A DNA stretch of 64,000 nt, taken from positions 372,001 through 436,000 of the forward strand of contig NW_026939309.1 in assembly GCF_032062105.1 (NCBI RefSeq). Direction: 5' to 3'. This document shows, in pieces, positions 46,952 to 59,149 of this stretch. Each line of letters starts with the position of its first letter. Position 1 is the stretch's first letter. The stretch is from Saccostrea cucullata. Its lineage: Eukaryota. The notes under the pieces were generated by a model. That model was not told where the DNA came from. It ran no database searches and worked only from the letters and a program-made list of their open reading frames with translations. The position numbers were made by a program, and so were the translations under genes.

Positions 46952-49900
46952 TCACAGAGATATGATGTCACAATACTGCAACTTGCCGGCCCTCTGCCAC
47001 TCAAACTTCCACAGCCCGTGAGAATTGTGCTCGGTGACGTACACTTCCTTTGTCCCCTTCCTGAAGTGGAGGTTACTAGTCCTGGAGAAGGGGCACCTTA
47101 TGCGGGTGTGGGGGTTCCCTCCCTCTCTTCCAAACACCTCCAGAAATCCCGACCCCCAGTGAGCCACTAAGAGATTGTTCTCCTCATCAAAGTCCATACC
47201 ATCCGGTCCTCCCTCCAAGTCACCTGTCAATATAAAACTAACAATAAAAACTTCTCTATTGTTACCTGTCCTCCCTCCAAATCACCTGTCAATATAAAAC
47301 TAACAATAAAAACTTCTCTATTGTAACCTGTCCTCCCTCCAAGTCACCTGTCAAAATATAAAACTAACAATAAAAACTTTTCTATTGTAACCTGTCCTCC
47401 CTCCAAGTCACCTGTCAAAATATAAAACTAACAATAAAAACTTCTCTATTGTTACCTGTCCTCCCTCCAAGTCACCTGTCAAAATATAAAACTAACAATA
47501 AAAACTTCTCTATTGTAACCATTCCTCCCTCCAAGTCACCTGTCAAAATATAAAACTAACAATGAAAACTTCTCTATTGTAACCTGTCCTCCCTCCAAAT
47601 CACCTGTCAAAATATAAAACTAACAATAAAAACTCTTTCTATTGTAACCATTCCTCCCTCCAAATCACCTGTCAATATAAAACTAACAATAAAAACTTCT
47701 CTATTGTTACCTGTCCTCCCTCCAAGTCACCTGTCAAAATATAAAACTAACAATAAAAACTTCTCTATTGTAACCATTCCTCCCTCCAAGTCACCTGTCA
47801 AAATATAAAACTAACAATGAAAACTTCTCTATTGTAACCTGTCCTCCCTCCAAATCACCTGTCAATATAAAACTAACAATGAAACTTCTCTATTGTAACC
47901 TGTCCTCCCTCCAAATCACCTGTCAATATAAAACTAACAATGAAAACTTCTCTATTGTAACCTGTCCTCCCTCCAAATCACCTGTCAATATAAAACTAAC
48001 AATGAAAACTTCTCTATTGTAACCTGTCCTCCCTCCAAATCACCTGTCAAAATATAAAACTAACAATAAAAACTTTTTCTATTGTAACCATTCCTCCCTC
48101 CAAATCACCTGTCAATATAAAACTAACAATAAAAACTTCTCTATTGTTACCTGTCCTCCCTCCAAGTCACCTGTCAAAATATAAAACTAACAATAAAAAC
48201 TTCTCTATTGTTACCTGTCCTCCCTCCAAATCACCTGTCAATATAAAACTAACAATAAAACTTCTCTATTGTTACCTGTCCTCCCTCCAAATCACCTGTC
48301 AATATAAAACTAACAATAAAAACTTCTCTATTGTAACCATTCCTCCCTCCAAGTCACCTGTCAAAATATAAAACTAACAATAAAAACTTCTCTATTGTAA
48401 CCTGTCCTCCCTCCAAGTCACCTGTCAATATAAAACTAACAATGAAACTTCTCTATTGTTACCTGTCCTCCCTCCAAGTCACCTGTCAATATAAAACTAA
48501 CAATAAAAACTTCTCTATTGTAACCTGTCCTCCCTCCAAATCACCTGTCAATATAAAACTAACAATGAAAACTTCTCTATTGTAACCTGTCCTCCCTCCA
48601 AATCACCTGTCAAAATATAAAACTAACAATAAAAACTTCTCTATTGTAACCATTCCTCCCTCCAAGTCACCTGTCAAAATATAAAACTAACAATAAAAAC
48701 TTCTCTATTGTAACCATTCCTCCCTCCAAATCACCTGTCAAAATATAAAACTAACAATGAAAACTTCTCTATTGTAACCTGTCCTCCCTCCAAATCACCT
48801 GTCAAAATATAAAACTAACAATGAAAACTTCTCTATTGTAACCTGTCCTCCCTCCAAATCACCTGTCAAAATATAAAACTAACAATAAAAACTTCTCTAT
48901 TGTAACCATTCCTCCCTCCAAGTCACCTGTCAAAATATAAAACTAACAATGAAAACTTCTCTATTGTAACCTGTCCTCCCTCCAAATCACCTGTCAAAAT
49001 ATAAAACTAACAATGAAAACTTCTCTATTGTAACCATTCCTCCCTCCAAGTCACCTGTCAAAATATAAAACTAACAATAAAAACTTCTCTATTGTTACCT
49101 GTCCTCCCTCCAAGTCACCTGTCAAAATATAAAACTAACAATAAAAACTTCTCTATTGTTACCTGTCCTCCCTCCAAGTCACCTGTCAAAATATAAAACT
49201 AACAATAAAAACTTCTCTATTGTAACCATTCCTCCCTCCAAGTCACCTGTCAAAATATAAAACTAACAATGAAAACTTCTCTATTGTAACCTGTCCTCCC
49301 TCCAAATCACCTGTCAAAATATAAAACTAACAATAAAAACTTTTTCTATTGTAACCATTCCTCCCTCCAAATCACCTGTCAAAATGTAAAACTAACAATA
49401 AAAACTTCTCTATTGTAACCTGTCCTCCCTCCAAATCACCTGTCAATATAAAACTAACAATAAAAACTTCTCTATTGTAACCTGTCCTCCCTCCAAATCA
49501 CCTGTCAAAATATAAAACTAACAATAAAAACTTTTTCTATTGTAACCATTCCTCCCTCCAAATCACCTGTCAATATAAAACTAACAATAAAAACTTCTCT
49601 ATTGTTACCTGTCCTCCCTCCAAATCACCTGTCAATATAAAACTAACAATAAAAACTTCTCTATTGTAACCTGTCCTCCCTCCAAGTCACCTGTCAATAT
49701 AAAACTAACAATGAAACTTCTCTATTGTTACCTGTCCTCCCTCCAAATTACCTGTCAATATAAAACTAACAATAAAAACTTCTCTATTGTTACCTGTCCT
49801 CCCTCCAAAACACCTGTCAATATAAAACTAACAATAAAAACTTCTCTATTGTTACCTGTCCTCCCTCCAAATCACCTGTCAATATAAAACTAACAATAAA

Positions 49901-52804
49901 AGCTTCTCTATTGTAACCTGTCCTCCCTCCAAATCACCTGTCAATATAAAACTAACAATAAAAACTCCTCTATTGTAACCTGATATGGAACACCAGCTCA
50001 ATAAAAAAAAATTCATAAATGTGTGTACTGATGGGCATAATGAATGAAATTGGAAAATTGGCAATGTACAAATTTATCAAAATTTTAGCCTGTGTTTTAT
50101 TTTAACACTTAATTCACATTTTTATTTGCCAAATTGAAGCAACTGCAAACAAATGGATTTTTTTCTAATTCTTAAATTAAAATCATTAAAGTGACACTGA
50201 TATGTGCATAGAAACCCATCAATTAAAATAGTAACATTTTATATTTACCTGGCAGTTTTCCCCATAGTTTCCTCTGCCCCACTTTCCCTGGACCCTGGAT
50301 GTTGTAGGCCCATAGGGATTTAGTGGGGGTCTCGGCTACAATCAGGGTCTGAGGTCTGCCGTCAGGGGAATGTAAGACAGCGATGCCATTAGGAAACCTC
50401 AGCCCTGTATCAATCAACAACATCTCCCTCTGATTGGTGAAGCAGTACACAGATCCAAACAGCTCCTACCAACAAACAAAAAATATTTACTATACGCTGT
50501 CGTTTGTTTTGTGGAATTTATAACATCTGAAAGATGAAGGACTTTTATATTTATTGAATAAAGGTAATATTTTGTTACTGTGTGAAAGAATATCAAAACT
50601 GTATCTAAACTTTCAATTTTCTTTCCCTTCACAAAGAATGTTGTAAAAATGTCCGTGATTTCTTATGATAGAGTATATATTATGATAAAGACTAAAACTG
50701 CCATGAATTATTTGTAAATTGTACTTCATGTATACAATGTTTTGAATTTCACAATCGCGAAGCAATGACTTCTCAAACACTCAACTATGACTTCACAGCC
50801 TGTGACACTGTCCTACAAAAAGACAGATGCTATGGGAAAATCAAAGAAAATGAAATAAACAGAAATTTCAATGTTTTGTAGTTGCATGAATATAGAATTT
50901 ATTTCACTCATGAGACAGAATACTAGTATTAGTTCTTCTCACTCAATATATTATTATAAAAATTCTGTTCTACTCGTGAATTAAATTCTATATAAATGAA
51001 TATATTTAACTGTTATATAAAAGATTAAAAATATCCTCCAATTTTTTGTTCCGTTGGAATCAATTTCACATGATCTCTTTGACGTGAAGCACTAAGCAAA
51101 AGTTTATCATAGAATCAGAACAAAGTATAAATGTTCAGGGTAAATTGAGAGCCACATTCTACACCAAATTATCTGACAAAATAGTTGGCACATGTTTATG
51201 CCTTTATAGTAGAATATTGCTGATGTTTTACACATGTATAGTTTCATATCAACAATTGTGACATCACAATAATTTTTTTATGAAAATTATGTTTAATAAA
51301 ATGGATCCATATACAAACTAGAGGTACTGTGAGCAAAGAGCTCAATAAATGATACCCCCGCCTCCCACATGAGTATTAGCAAAACATGGACACATGGGAG
51401 GGGAAGGGGGCTATCAATACGCAAGTTTCGAGATTATCTCCCTTGGTGCGCTCTTTCGTTAAGGAGGGGAGTTTCGTTGCCACGTAAACAAACAGGTGGG
51501 ACAACTATATTTGATGTTTATATATTGGATACATTGTATCATCGATATACTGGTTTATCATAACTACATGACTGTCAGGATGCACTCTACATTTCGAGAA
51601 TAACCGAATTAATTTAAAGAAGTCATTTTATAAAGTTAAAGAATCGTAACAAAAAAGAAAATGTCGGTGGATGTGAGACTTTTCAGACATGGGAAGAAAT
51701 TAGGACCTCTAAGAAAACCGGTACACATGCATCTGATCATTGTACATAGGCGATCTAAATGACACATTGATTCTTTTCCTTATTATAATTTCAAAAAACC
51801 CACAAACTTTTTAAAAAAAGAAAAAAAAAGAAGGTTGTACGATCAAGAAAATCGGTTACTTTTTATTAAGACTATGACGTTTCTTTCGTTTTCAAGTACC
51901 TATAAATTTAAAGTAGATTTGTAAATATGCATAGTTGAACTTGATAAAATCATCAAATGCATCACTGCTTAATATCATTATCTTTTTATAACATTTAATA
52001 AATTTTAAAAGCCATAAATATCGTTCATTTACTTATGCACGTTTCTGTACAGAAACAACCTGTCCCACCTCCCTGCCGAAATGGATACTTTTTGCGCCTC
52101 TATCGTAGGAGAGTTACAATCTCGAAACTGGCGTATTAGTGAGCTCATTGCTCACAGTGCCTCTAGTTTATTACTAAGTGATGAAGTAAAATAATACATA
52201 AGAGCTCTCTATAATCATGTACATATTTGTACCTCCATTGACCTCTCGTATGGGTGAGGGGCGATTTTTCCAGCTGGCGCTGTTATCCAAAGATTTCCCT
52301 CATAATCAAAGGTGCAGTCATTACAGCCCTGCATTGTACGGCCTGTCTTATCCTCTTTACAAATCTATGGGAATATCCAAAATTTAATCAAATACATGTA
52401 ATACAAAAATAATTTTGCAAGTTTTTCTTACCTGGAATTATTCATTCAACCAGAAATCAATTTACTTGAATTTGATGCATGAAGACAAAAGTTTTGTCCC
52501 TTTAAAAGCAGAAAAGTAAAATTGTAAAATAAAAACCCAATAAATATGGATTTTTTTCCTAATGAAAACTAAAAATAAGCCTTTTAATGAAACTCATAAA
52601 AGTTACTTTCTGACATGTTAAGCTAAGATTTAATAACAATTTTGATCTCGGATGATCCTCCACCTGTTTGAAGGTACCATTTCTGTCCACAGTGATGAGC
52701 CCGAGCCTCATGTCTGCGATCCATAAGACGTTGTCTTTATCACACTGACACCCCGCGGGGATCCCCCCATCTCCATCCACAGCAGGCTCACACAAAATGG
52801 AGGA
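46952..52804 (-). CDS. Diisopropyl-fluorophosphatase (DFPase)-like six-bladed beta-propeller, SMP-30/gluconolactonase family; 5'-partial in window
   Basis: Exons 52804-52664, 52364-52233, 50465-50249 and 47223-46952 join in phase. They encode GGIPAGCQCD, ADMRLGL, MQGCNDCTFDYEGNLWITAPAG, FPNGIAV, IVAETPTK, DGMDFDE, SNLHF, VTEH and WKFEWQR, closely matching squid DFPase as I recall it. The N-terminal exon(s) with the GAEGP motif were not found in the window. Confidence 0.9.
47204..49981. repeat. Homogeneous minisatellite, 61-64-bp unit, ~44 copies, built from the DFPase last intron/exon junction
   Basis: Unit GTCCTCCCTCCAA(G/A)TCACCTGTCAA(AA)TATAAAACTAACAAT(A/G)AAAACTTCTCTATTGT(T/A)ACCT. The first copy overlaps the coding exon start. 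Confidence 0.95.
51316..52168. mobile_element. Composite element bounded by two outward-facing Helentron-type 3' ends
   Basis: AACTAGAGGTACTGTGAGCAAAGAGCTCA at 51316 and TGAGCTCATTGCTCACAGTGCCTCTAGTT ending at 52168 both match the end of 63001-63343. An inner inverted repeat runs AATACGCAAGTTTCGAGATT (51416) / AATCTCGAAACTGGCGTATT (to 52137). Confidence 0.6.
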
Positions 52805-52845
52805 CTGAAGAAAAAAATGTTAACATTAAGCCATTATACACTTGT

Positions 52846-53405
52846 ACCACTAATCTCATAGTTGTGTCTGAACCACTAACCTCATAACTAAGTTTGAACC
52901 ACTTATCTCATAGTTGAGTCTGAACCACTAATCTCATAGTTGAGGCTGAACCACTAATCTCATAGTTGAGGCTGAACCACTAATCTCATAGTTGTGTCTG
53001 AATCACTAATCTCATAATTAAGTTTGAACCACTTAACTCATTGTTGAGTCTGAACCACTAATCTCATAGTTGAGGCTGAACCACTAATCTCATACTTGTA
53101 TCTGAACCACTAATCTCATAGTGAGTCTGAACCACTAATCTCATTGTTGAGTCTGAACCACTAATCTCATTGTTGAGTCTGAACCACTAATCTCATTGTT
53201 GAGTCTGAACCAATCATCTCATAGTGAGTCTGAACCACTAATCTCATTGTTGAGTCTGAACCACTAATCTCATTGTTGAGTCTGAACCACTAATCTCATT
53301 GTTGAGTCTGAACCACTAATCTCATTGTTGAGTCTGAACCACTAATCTCACTGTTGAGTCTGAACCACTAATCTCATTGTTGAGTCTGAACCATTACTCT
53401 CAAAG
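52846..53405. repeat. 26-bp minisatellite (~21 copies), resuming at 61288-61340
   Basis: Unit GAGTCTGAACCACTAATCTCATTGTT; period 26 at 53281, 53307 and 53333. Confidence 0.9.
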
Positions 53406-53883
53406 TTAAGGGGGCCGACTATAGTTTCCATTGCGCAACATTTCGCGCATCTTTGTAAAATGAAGCATATTTACTGTTTTAATGCAATTTTTTTCGCTTA
53501 ATAAATACAATTAAACAAAATTAAGAAATTTTAGATATAAAAATATAATTACAATTTGATATAACTGATTTTTTAACCGATTTTGCAATTGATAGTAGGT
53601 TGACGTCGTTGCAGTGTGTTTTTGACGTTATGATAATCTGTTGCTCTTAAAGAAAGGGGTAATAAAAATATTATTAAAGAAAAAGTAATAAACAGATGCT
53701 CTTGAAATTTAAAAAATAGAAATTTGAGAATATCTCCAATATTTTTATTATGTTTTCATGTGAATCCATTGTGTAGGTCATATTTAATAATACTCTATAA
53801 AAATAGTTAAATTTGCTAATTTTTTTCATTTTGAGATGTCCCCTCTGGTAACAAGGCGGTAGAATTTTGTGTTTCTTACATAT

Positions 53884-55739
53884 TGTAACGGGGTGGGGGG
53901 GCAGGCGGACGGCACCTCTCCTACTACTGCTGGGACCGCACTCCCTCACTCTATCTATAGGGGCTGTCTTATCTTTCGTGGCAAGGCTTGCGTTACACAG
54001 CTCAACCCGAGCTCAGGAGGGCTAGTATGGCACAGTGGTTCAAAACTCAACACTCTTTAATCTTATATCACCACACACTAAATTATCTCCCTTTAATCAA
54101 TGAACTCAGATAATACCCCACTGCCCAAAACCTAAACCTCCTTTTATTAACCCGCGCTCTCTAAGTTACACTAAATTTATAAATACACGAAATCTCTCAG
54201 CTTTTCTTCTCTATTTGTCAAGCTCGTTACAATCTAGACCTACGGAAGTCACTAAAATTCTTAAATACTCATTTATCTCATTACTCTGTTCTTACTCTTT
54301 TATATCCCACAATTTCCATCTTGTTGGAAAATCACACTTTGATAAAACTTTGTAAATCTCTGTACTTGAAATGAAACAAAATACAGTTTTACCATTTATT
54401 ATAATAATTATCTCTCAATTAAACAATCAACAAATTCTAAACTCTGTCTCAGTCTGTCTCTTGTCACCTATAAGTCTTATCTTACCTAAAACCAACTTCA
54501 ATGCAACTCACAAAACTCCTAACTCTCAAAACTTCCTCCCAGACCTCCTGGATGAAAGTAAAAACCAATAACTAAAACTTAATCCCTTAAACCTAATTAA
54601 TTCCTAACAAATTTCAAACACCAGTAATTCCTGCAAATTTCCTAAGTCTGAATTTCAGTTAAAAACAGTAGCAAAATTTAGAAATACACTAGCTTCCTTA
54701 GCTAAATGTATAAAGTACCTAAACAATTTCAAGTAATTCTAAAATTTATCAACAATTTACCAAAAATTCAAACAACCAGCAAATTTTAACCAAGTCCAAT
54801 TTCTCAGTTAAAATTCACTAAAACTTAGCCAAAACTTCCTATAAAATTCCACAAATATTCCAAAAGTTCCTAAAAATCCTTAAAATAACCCTGGCTCTTC
54901 TTAAAATAAAACTAAAAGGTCATTATTAAATCTAAATTCAAAACGCCCAACCCATACTAACTCCTTACCCCTAAAACACGTCCTCTCGAAACAAATCAAC
55001 CTAGCAGAAGAGCCAAAAATTCCTTGAATCTCTCTCTTTTATACAACAACATGACGTAAAAGTTGGAAACTGTTGGACTCATTGGAAAACGTTGGAGAAT
55101 CTCTCGTGACATTTCCCGTAAACAGCAAAGTCTATAGAAAAATCTAATAACTACATACAAGACAACTTTTCTGAATGAAAGTAATCTCTGAATACATTCT
55201 TCAATTAGAATAAGTAAATTAATCTCCATTTAAATCAACAAATAACACAATTAACTCCAAAAATCCGAAAACTATCGTAACTTTTATGATCGGGCTCAAC
55301 CTACACAATTTACGACCGCCAAGTTCGTAAACAAATCTACCAGTCTATAAACTGCCGATAATTAACTGAAAACAAGTTAAACTTCAAGAAAACATGATTT
55401 CATCTATAAATCTATGGTTTACCTACTACAGAAGACCAATCAAAGTCCCTGAAACATGAAGTAAGCTAAAGTAATACCACAACTTTACTACAGCTACGAT
55501 CAGCTGATTTCTACGTAACTCAAAACATGTGCACAAACTATTTCAACTCATGTAAATGACTTAAACTTGTCAATAATCACCTATCAACTACATGCAAAGC
55601 ATAAATCAGTACATATTCTTGCAATGTCAAGTAATTATAACACATATACAAATTCATCTCAACTCTCCTACAATGTCAACAATAATCAGGTTCAATAACT
55701 CTGTATAAAACTAATCTGTCAAATCTCTGGACCGTTACA
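53884..55739 (-). repeat. 3' LTR of the Gypsy element
   Basis: Direct repeat of 59150-61004, adjacent to the PPT. Confidence 0.93.
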
Positions 55740-56112
55740 CTACCCTCCTCTCAAAATATTTGTGTCCTCACAAATGACTTATCTCAAGTAAATATTAAAT
55801 CTAAACATTAAGGTCAAAGTGTCTACCTTACAATGTACAATCATCAATACATTACAATATGACATAATATCTGAAATTAGAACTTTGGCTATAATGTACA
55901 CATACATGTATCAATGCTTTAATTTACCGTCCTTCATTCTTTCCTAGAATAGAATATCACTTAGCACAGTTCCATATAACACAATCACACGTGATTCCTG
56001 GTCCTTCTCATCAAGGCATCGTCCCATCAGATTACGTCTTACCGTCAAGCATCACTGTCTGGTCCGTCTCAGCTTGGCTCATGATCATCACCTCATACCA
56101 TCATGGTAATCA

Positions 56113-57236
56113 TCAAAGCTGTAAAGTGTTTACCTTATTGTACTCCGTCTGCGGGTCCTCTGTGAACGATGAGGGTCTTGCTCCACCAATGCCCCCTTCT
56201 CCTGTCCCCTTCATGGCGAGATTCCTGATGATTCCAACGTTGGTTTCCCACTGCACAGGTAAGGCTGCAGTGATGGTTCCATCGTTGCCACCATGGACAG
56301 TGGATTTCACAGATGGCAATAAGTTCAGTCTCCTCACTGGCACTGCACCATAGTCGGTATCCTTTCCTTGACTTTGACGTAACATCAATATGTCGGATCC
56401 TAAGTCAAACTTCTTAGTTTTGTCTTCTTCATCTCCCTGGATGATCACTGTATTTACCTCTTCCTCAGAGGAATCTGCAATGCTGATTTTACTTCCCATA
56501 ACATCATCATTATTTTCAACAACATTATCTGCCATTGTCTCTGGATATCTAGCAGGAAGCTCTTCCAACGGTTCCACTATAAAATCGTTTGACACTTCAC
56601 GACACTCATCTTCTTCTCTATCAACAAGTACTGGTACATCCACAATCATTTCTGATTTGGCAGGAATCTGATAATCTTCCTCAGCACAGACTTTCCTAAG
56701 TCTGCTGGGTTGATTGTTCTGGATGCAGGGGATTGAACAACCATTCAACAGGATGACACCCTCTCTAAGATTAATATTTGCTGGTCCACCGGGACCCTTC
56801 ATCAGCACATCTAAGCCCAATAACGCTTCATCTTCAATTTCAGCAACAACTAATTCTTCCTTAAACTTCAATTCTCCCAATTCAAACTGGAACTTGGCTT
56901 TCCCCATCTCCTTCAGAGGTTGGTCATTTACACTGGTTAACATGTAAGACTTCTCTAAGTGGGGTCGTACATCCTCAGGGATCTTCCTGTAGGCTCGGTC
57001 TGACAGCACCGTCCGGATAGCTCCCGTGTCGACTGTAAGCATGACCTTCATGCCTTGAATCTTCCCTTTTATGTAGATGCCCTCACTCCTCATGAGTTGT
57101 CTTGCAATTTGTGTGATACCTTGATCACCAAGGGTTGTTACTCCTGTTGTACGTGTTGTCTCCTGCATTTTCCTATGACCGTTATCTTTCCCTTCAGTTT
57201 GGGTCACTCCCTGGTCAACAGGAGTGACCCTCTCTA
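56113..57236 (-). CDS. Retropepsin-type aspartic protease ORF (truncated pol), in the -1 frame relative to gag
   Basis: LTVDTGAIRTVLS...ALLGLDVL. The frame is open from the gag stop region. No YxDD, RNase H or integrase motifs. Confidence 0.8.
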
Positions 57237-57243
57237 GTTTGAC
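57201..57243 (-). promoter_or_regulatory. Candidate -1 ribosomal frameshift signal
   Basis: GTCAAAC-TAG is followed 6 nt after the heptamer by the stem-loop GGGTCACTCC-TGTTGACCAG-GGAGTGACCC. Confidence 0.6.
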
Positions 57244-59129
57244 GACATGTGGGTCAAATTTGGAGAGGAACTCTGCATCAAGGTTTCATCTCCACTTCGC
57301 TGGATATCGTTGGGTCGTTGTTGATTGGCAGTACTAAGAGTACTCTGTTGGAATCTCCCCTCGTTGTTACGAGTTTTCTGTTGATTCCTCAGTGGACAGC
57401 TCCTGGCAAAGTGTCCGTTTTGGCCACAAGCAAAACAAATTCCATTATTTGGTCTACTTGTTTGAGGATCTGCTTGTCCCCGGGGTGCTGGTAGGTTACC
57501 ATTGTAAGGTGATCTTACATTGAAGGCATTGGTGGGATTTTCCCTCCTCCCTGGCCATTGGTTGGAATCAGATGACCTCTCTGTAGACTGTGTCTGTAAT
57601 TGAGATCTGATTTGTTCCTCTACCAACTGCTTTACCAGATTTTGAAGATCTCCTTCCTGTATGGTGATGGTCCTTGGAGCACCTGTTTGGGGTTTCTGTT
57701 GTGCAGACTTCCATCCTGTTGATTGCTTTTCCTGTGGCTTTACTGATTTCTTAACAGGTTTCTGCTTGACTGGAGCATTGACCTGTCTTGTGGGTTTCTT
57801 TTCCTTCCTGTCACTGTCTTCTGGATTATGGGGATATCTGGTGGTCTCCAGGTAATGTACCACATGATATACAGCATCCTCGATTGTCTCGGGCTCCTTA
57901 TTCAGTTCCACAAAAATCCTTGTCTTCTGGTCTCGAAGTCCTAGGAGGAATCTCCTTAACAAATCCTCCTGTCTGATTGAGATGCCTCTGTTTTTGTAAG
58001 CTTTATCATACAAACGTTTAAGCTCAGCAGCATAATCCTCGGCTGATTCACCAGGCTGTTGGTTTCTGTGGGTAAACTGCATTATGTAGAGTTTGGTAGT
58101 CTCAACTTCACCAAATCTGCTTTGCAGCTCCTTCAGTAGGCGTTTGTAGTTACTTAGGACTGAGGTGGGTAACTGTCCGTATGCAAACTCCCCAGCTACT
58201 CCTTGTAGCCTTGGGAGGATTTCACGCAGTTTTTCCTCCTGTGTCCAATGCTCAATATGGGCGACAGCCTCAAATCTGTTGTACCAAACTTCCCATTTTT
58301 CAGCCTTTCCTGTAAAAGCTGGTAACTTCACATTTGATTTCTGGCCTTTGTGGGTTGGTTGGAAAATTTCACTGGTCCTGACACTGCCATTTGATGACCG
58401 TCTCCTGGGTATTGGTTCTATCTCTTCCTCTGAAGATGAGGGGGATTGATACTGGTCCCTGGGTGTTAACTGGGTTTTCCTCCTCTGATGTGCCATGCTC
58501 CTCGCAAGGCGGTCAGAGGACTTGCCATTTTCCAGGTTTTCAACAGCATGGGCAGAATTCCGTTGGTCGGTGAATCCCGCAAAGGCTGTCTGGATAGCTG
58601 AGATCTGATTCGTCATCTCCTTCAAGGCTCCTTTTATTTCATTAAAAATACCAAGTGAATTGTCTCCTGCGTCGTTGGAAGAATTTCTTATAGGGATTGG
58701 TTGTTCTGTTAGATCAGCGTTTCCCAGCCTCCTCCGTAATCCAGGTCTTCCAACATGCCTCACTGGTGTAGGCCTTCTCACTTCACGTAGATCTGCATCT
58801 CGCCTAGTGCTTGGTAGTGATGGACTGCTTCTCATATGGACTTCAGCTCCAACGTTGATTTGTGGTCTGATAGTATTTGGCATGTCATCTTCCTCAGATG
58901 ACACAAATTCATTTGCTGTAGTTTCATAATCTGTTTCTCCTTCAGTGACCGTCAAGGTTCCAATGTTCATCTCATCATCTGTAATCTGCTGTATCTCCTC
59001 ATGATCAGCTTGACTTCCCTCTCGTCTAGGTTTTGTTGAGGCTTGTTGTCTCCTCTTCACCATTTTTGTAGTTAGAGATGTTCGTTTCACTGGATTTGTG
59101 GTACCAACACTCCTTGGTTGGAAATACAA
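57234..59129 (-). CDS. gag: Gypsy Gag polyprotein with C-terminal CCHC zinc knuckle
   Basis: Uninterrupted 631-codon ORF with KLPAFTG..WEVWYNRFE, QQPGESAEDYAAELKRL..AY and CFACGQNGHFARSC. The true start is probably an internal ATG. Confidence 0.9.
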   Translation of the reverse strand: MYFQPRSVGTTNPVKRTSLTTKMVKRRQQASTKPRREGSQADHEEIQQITDDEMNIGTLTVTEGETDYETTANEFVSSEEDDMPNTIRPQINVGAEVHMRSSPSLPSTRRDADLREVRRPTPVRHVGRPGLRRRLGNADLTEQPIPIRNSSNDAGDNSLGIFNEIKGALKEMTNQISAIQTAFAGFTDQRNSAHAVENLENGKSSDRLARSMAHQRRKTQLTPRDQYQSPSSSEEEIEPIPRRRSSNGSVRTSEIFQPTHKGQKSNVKLPAFTGKAEKWEVWYNRFEAVAHIEHWTQEEKLREILPRLQGVAGEFAYGQLPTSVLSNYKRLLKELQSRFGEVETTKLYIMQFTHRNQQPGESAEDYAAELKRLYDKAYKNRGISIRQEDLLRRFLLGLRDQKTRIFVELNKEPETIEDAVYHVVHYLETTRYPHNPEDSDRKEKKPTRQVNAPVKQKPVKKSVKPQEKQSTGWKSAQQKPQTGAPRTITIQEGDLQNLVKQLVEEQIRSQLQTQSTERSSDSNQWPGRRENPTNAFNVRSPYNGNLPAPRGQADPQTSRPNNGICFACGQNGHFARSCPLRNQQKTRNNEGRFQQSTLSTANQQRPNDIQRSGDETLMQSSSPNLTHMSSN

Positions 59130-59149
59130 ATCCTACCGGCGACGCCAAG

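Noticed and set aside
47204-49981. CRISPR-like appearance of the regular array
   Set aside because: Units are contiguous near-identical repeats with no unique spacers, there are no cas genes, and the context is a eukaryotic intron.
50891-50992. Degenerate inverted repeat
   Set aside because: AT-rich and imperfect. Probably an old MITE remnant, too weak to classify.
54371-55229. Short ORFs duplicated at 59636-60494
   Set aside because: They are identical because they lie in the two LTRs, and show no protein motifs.
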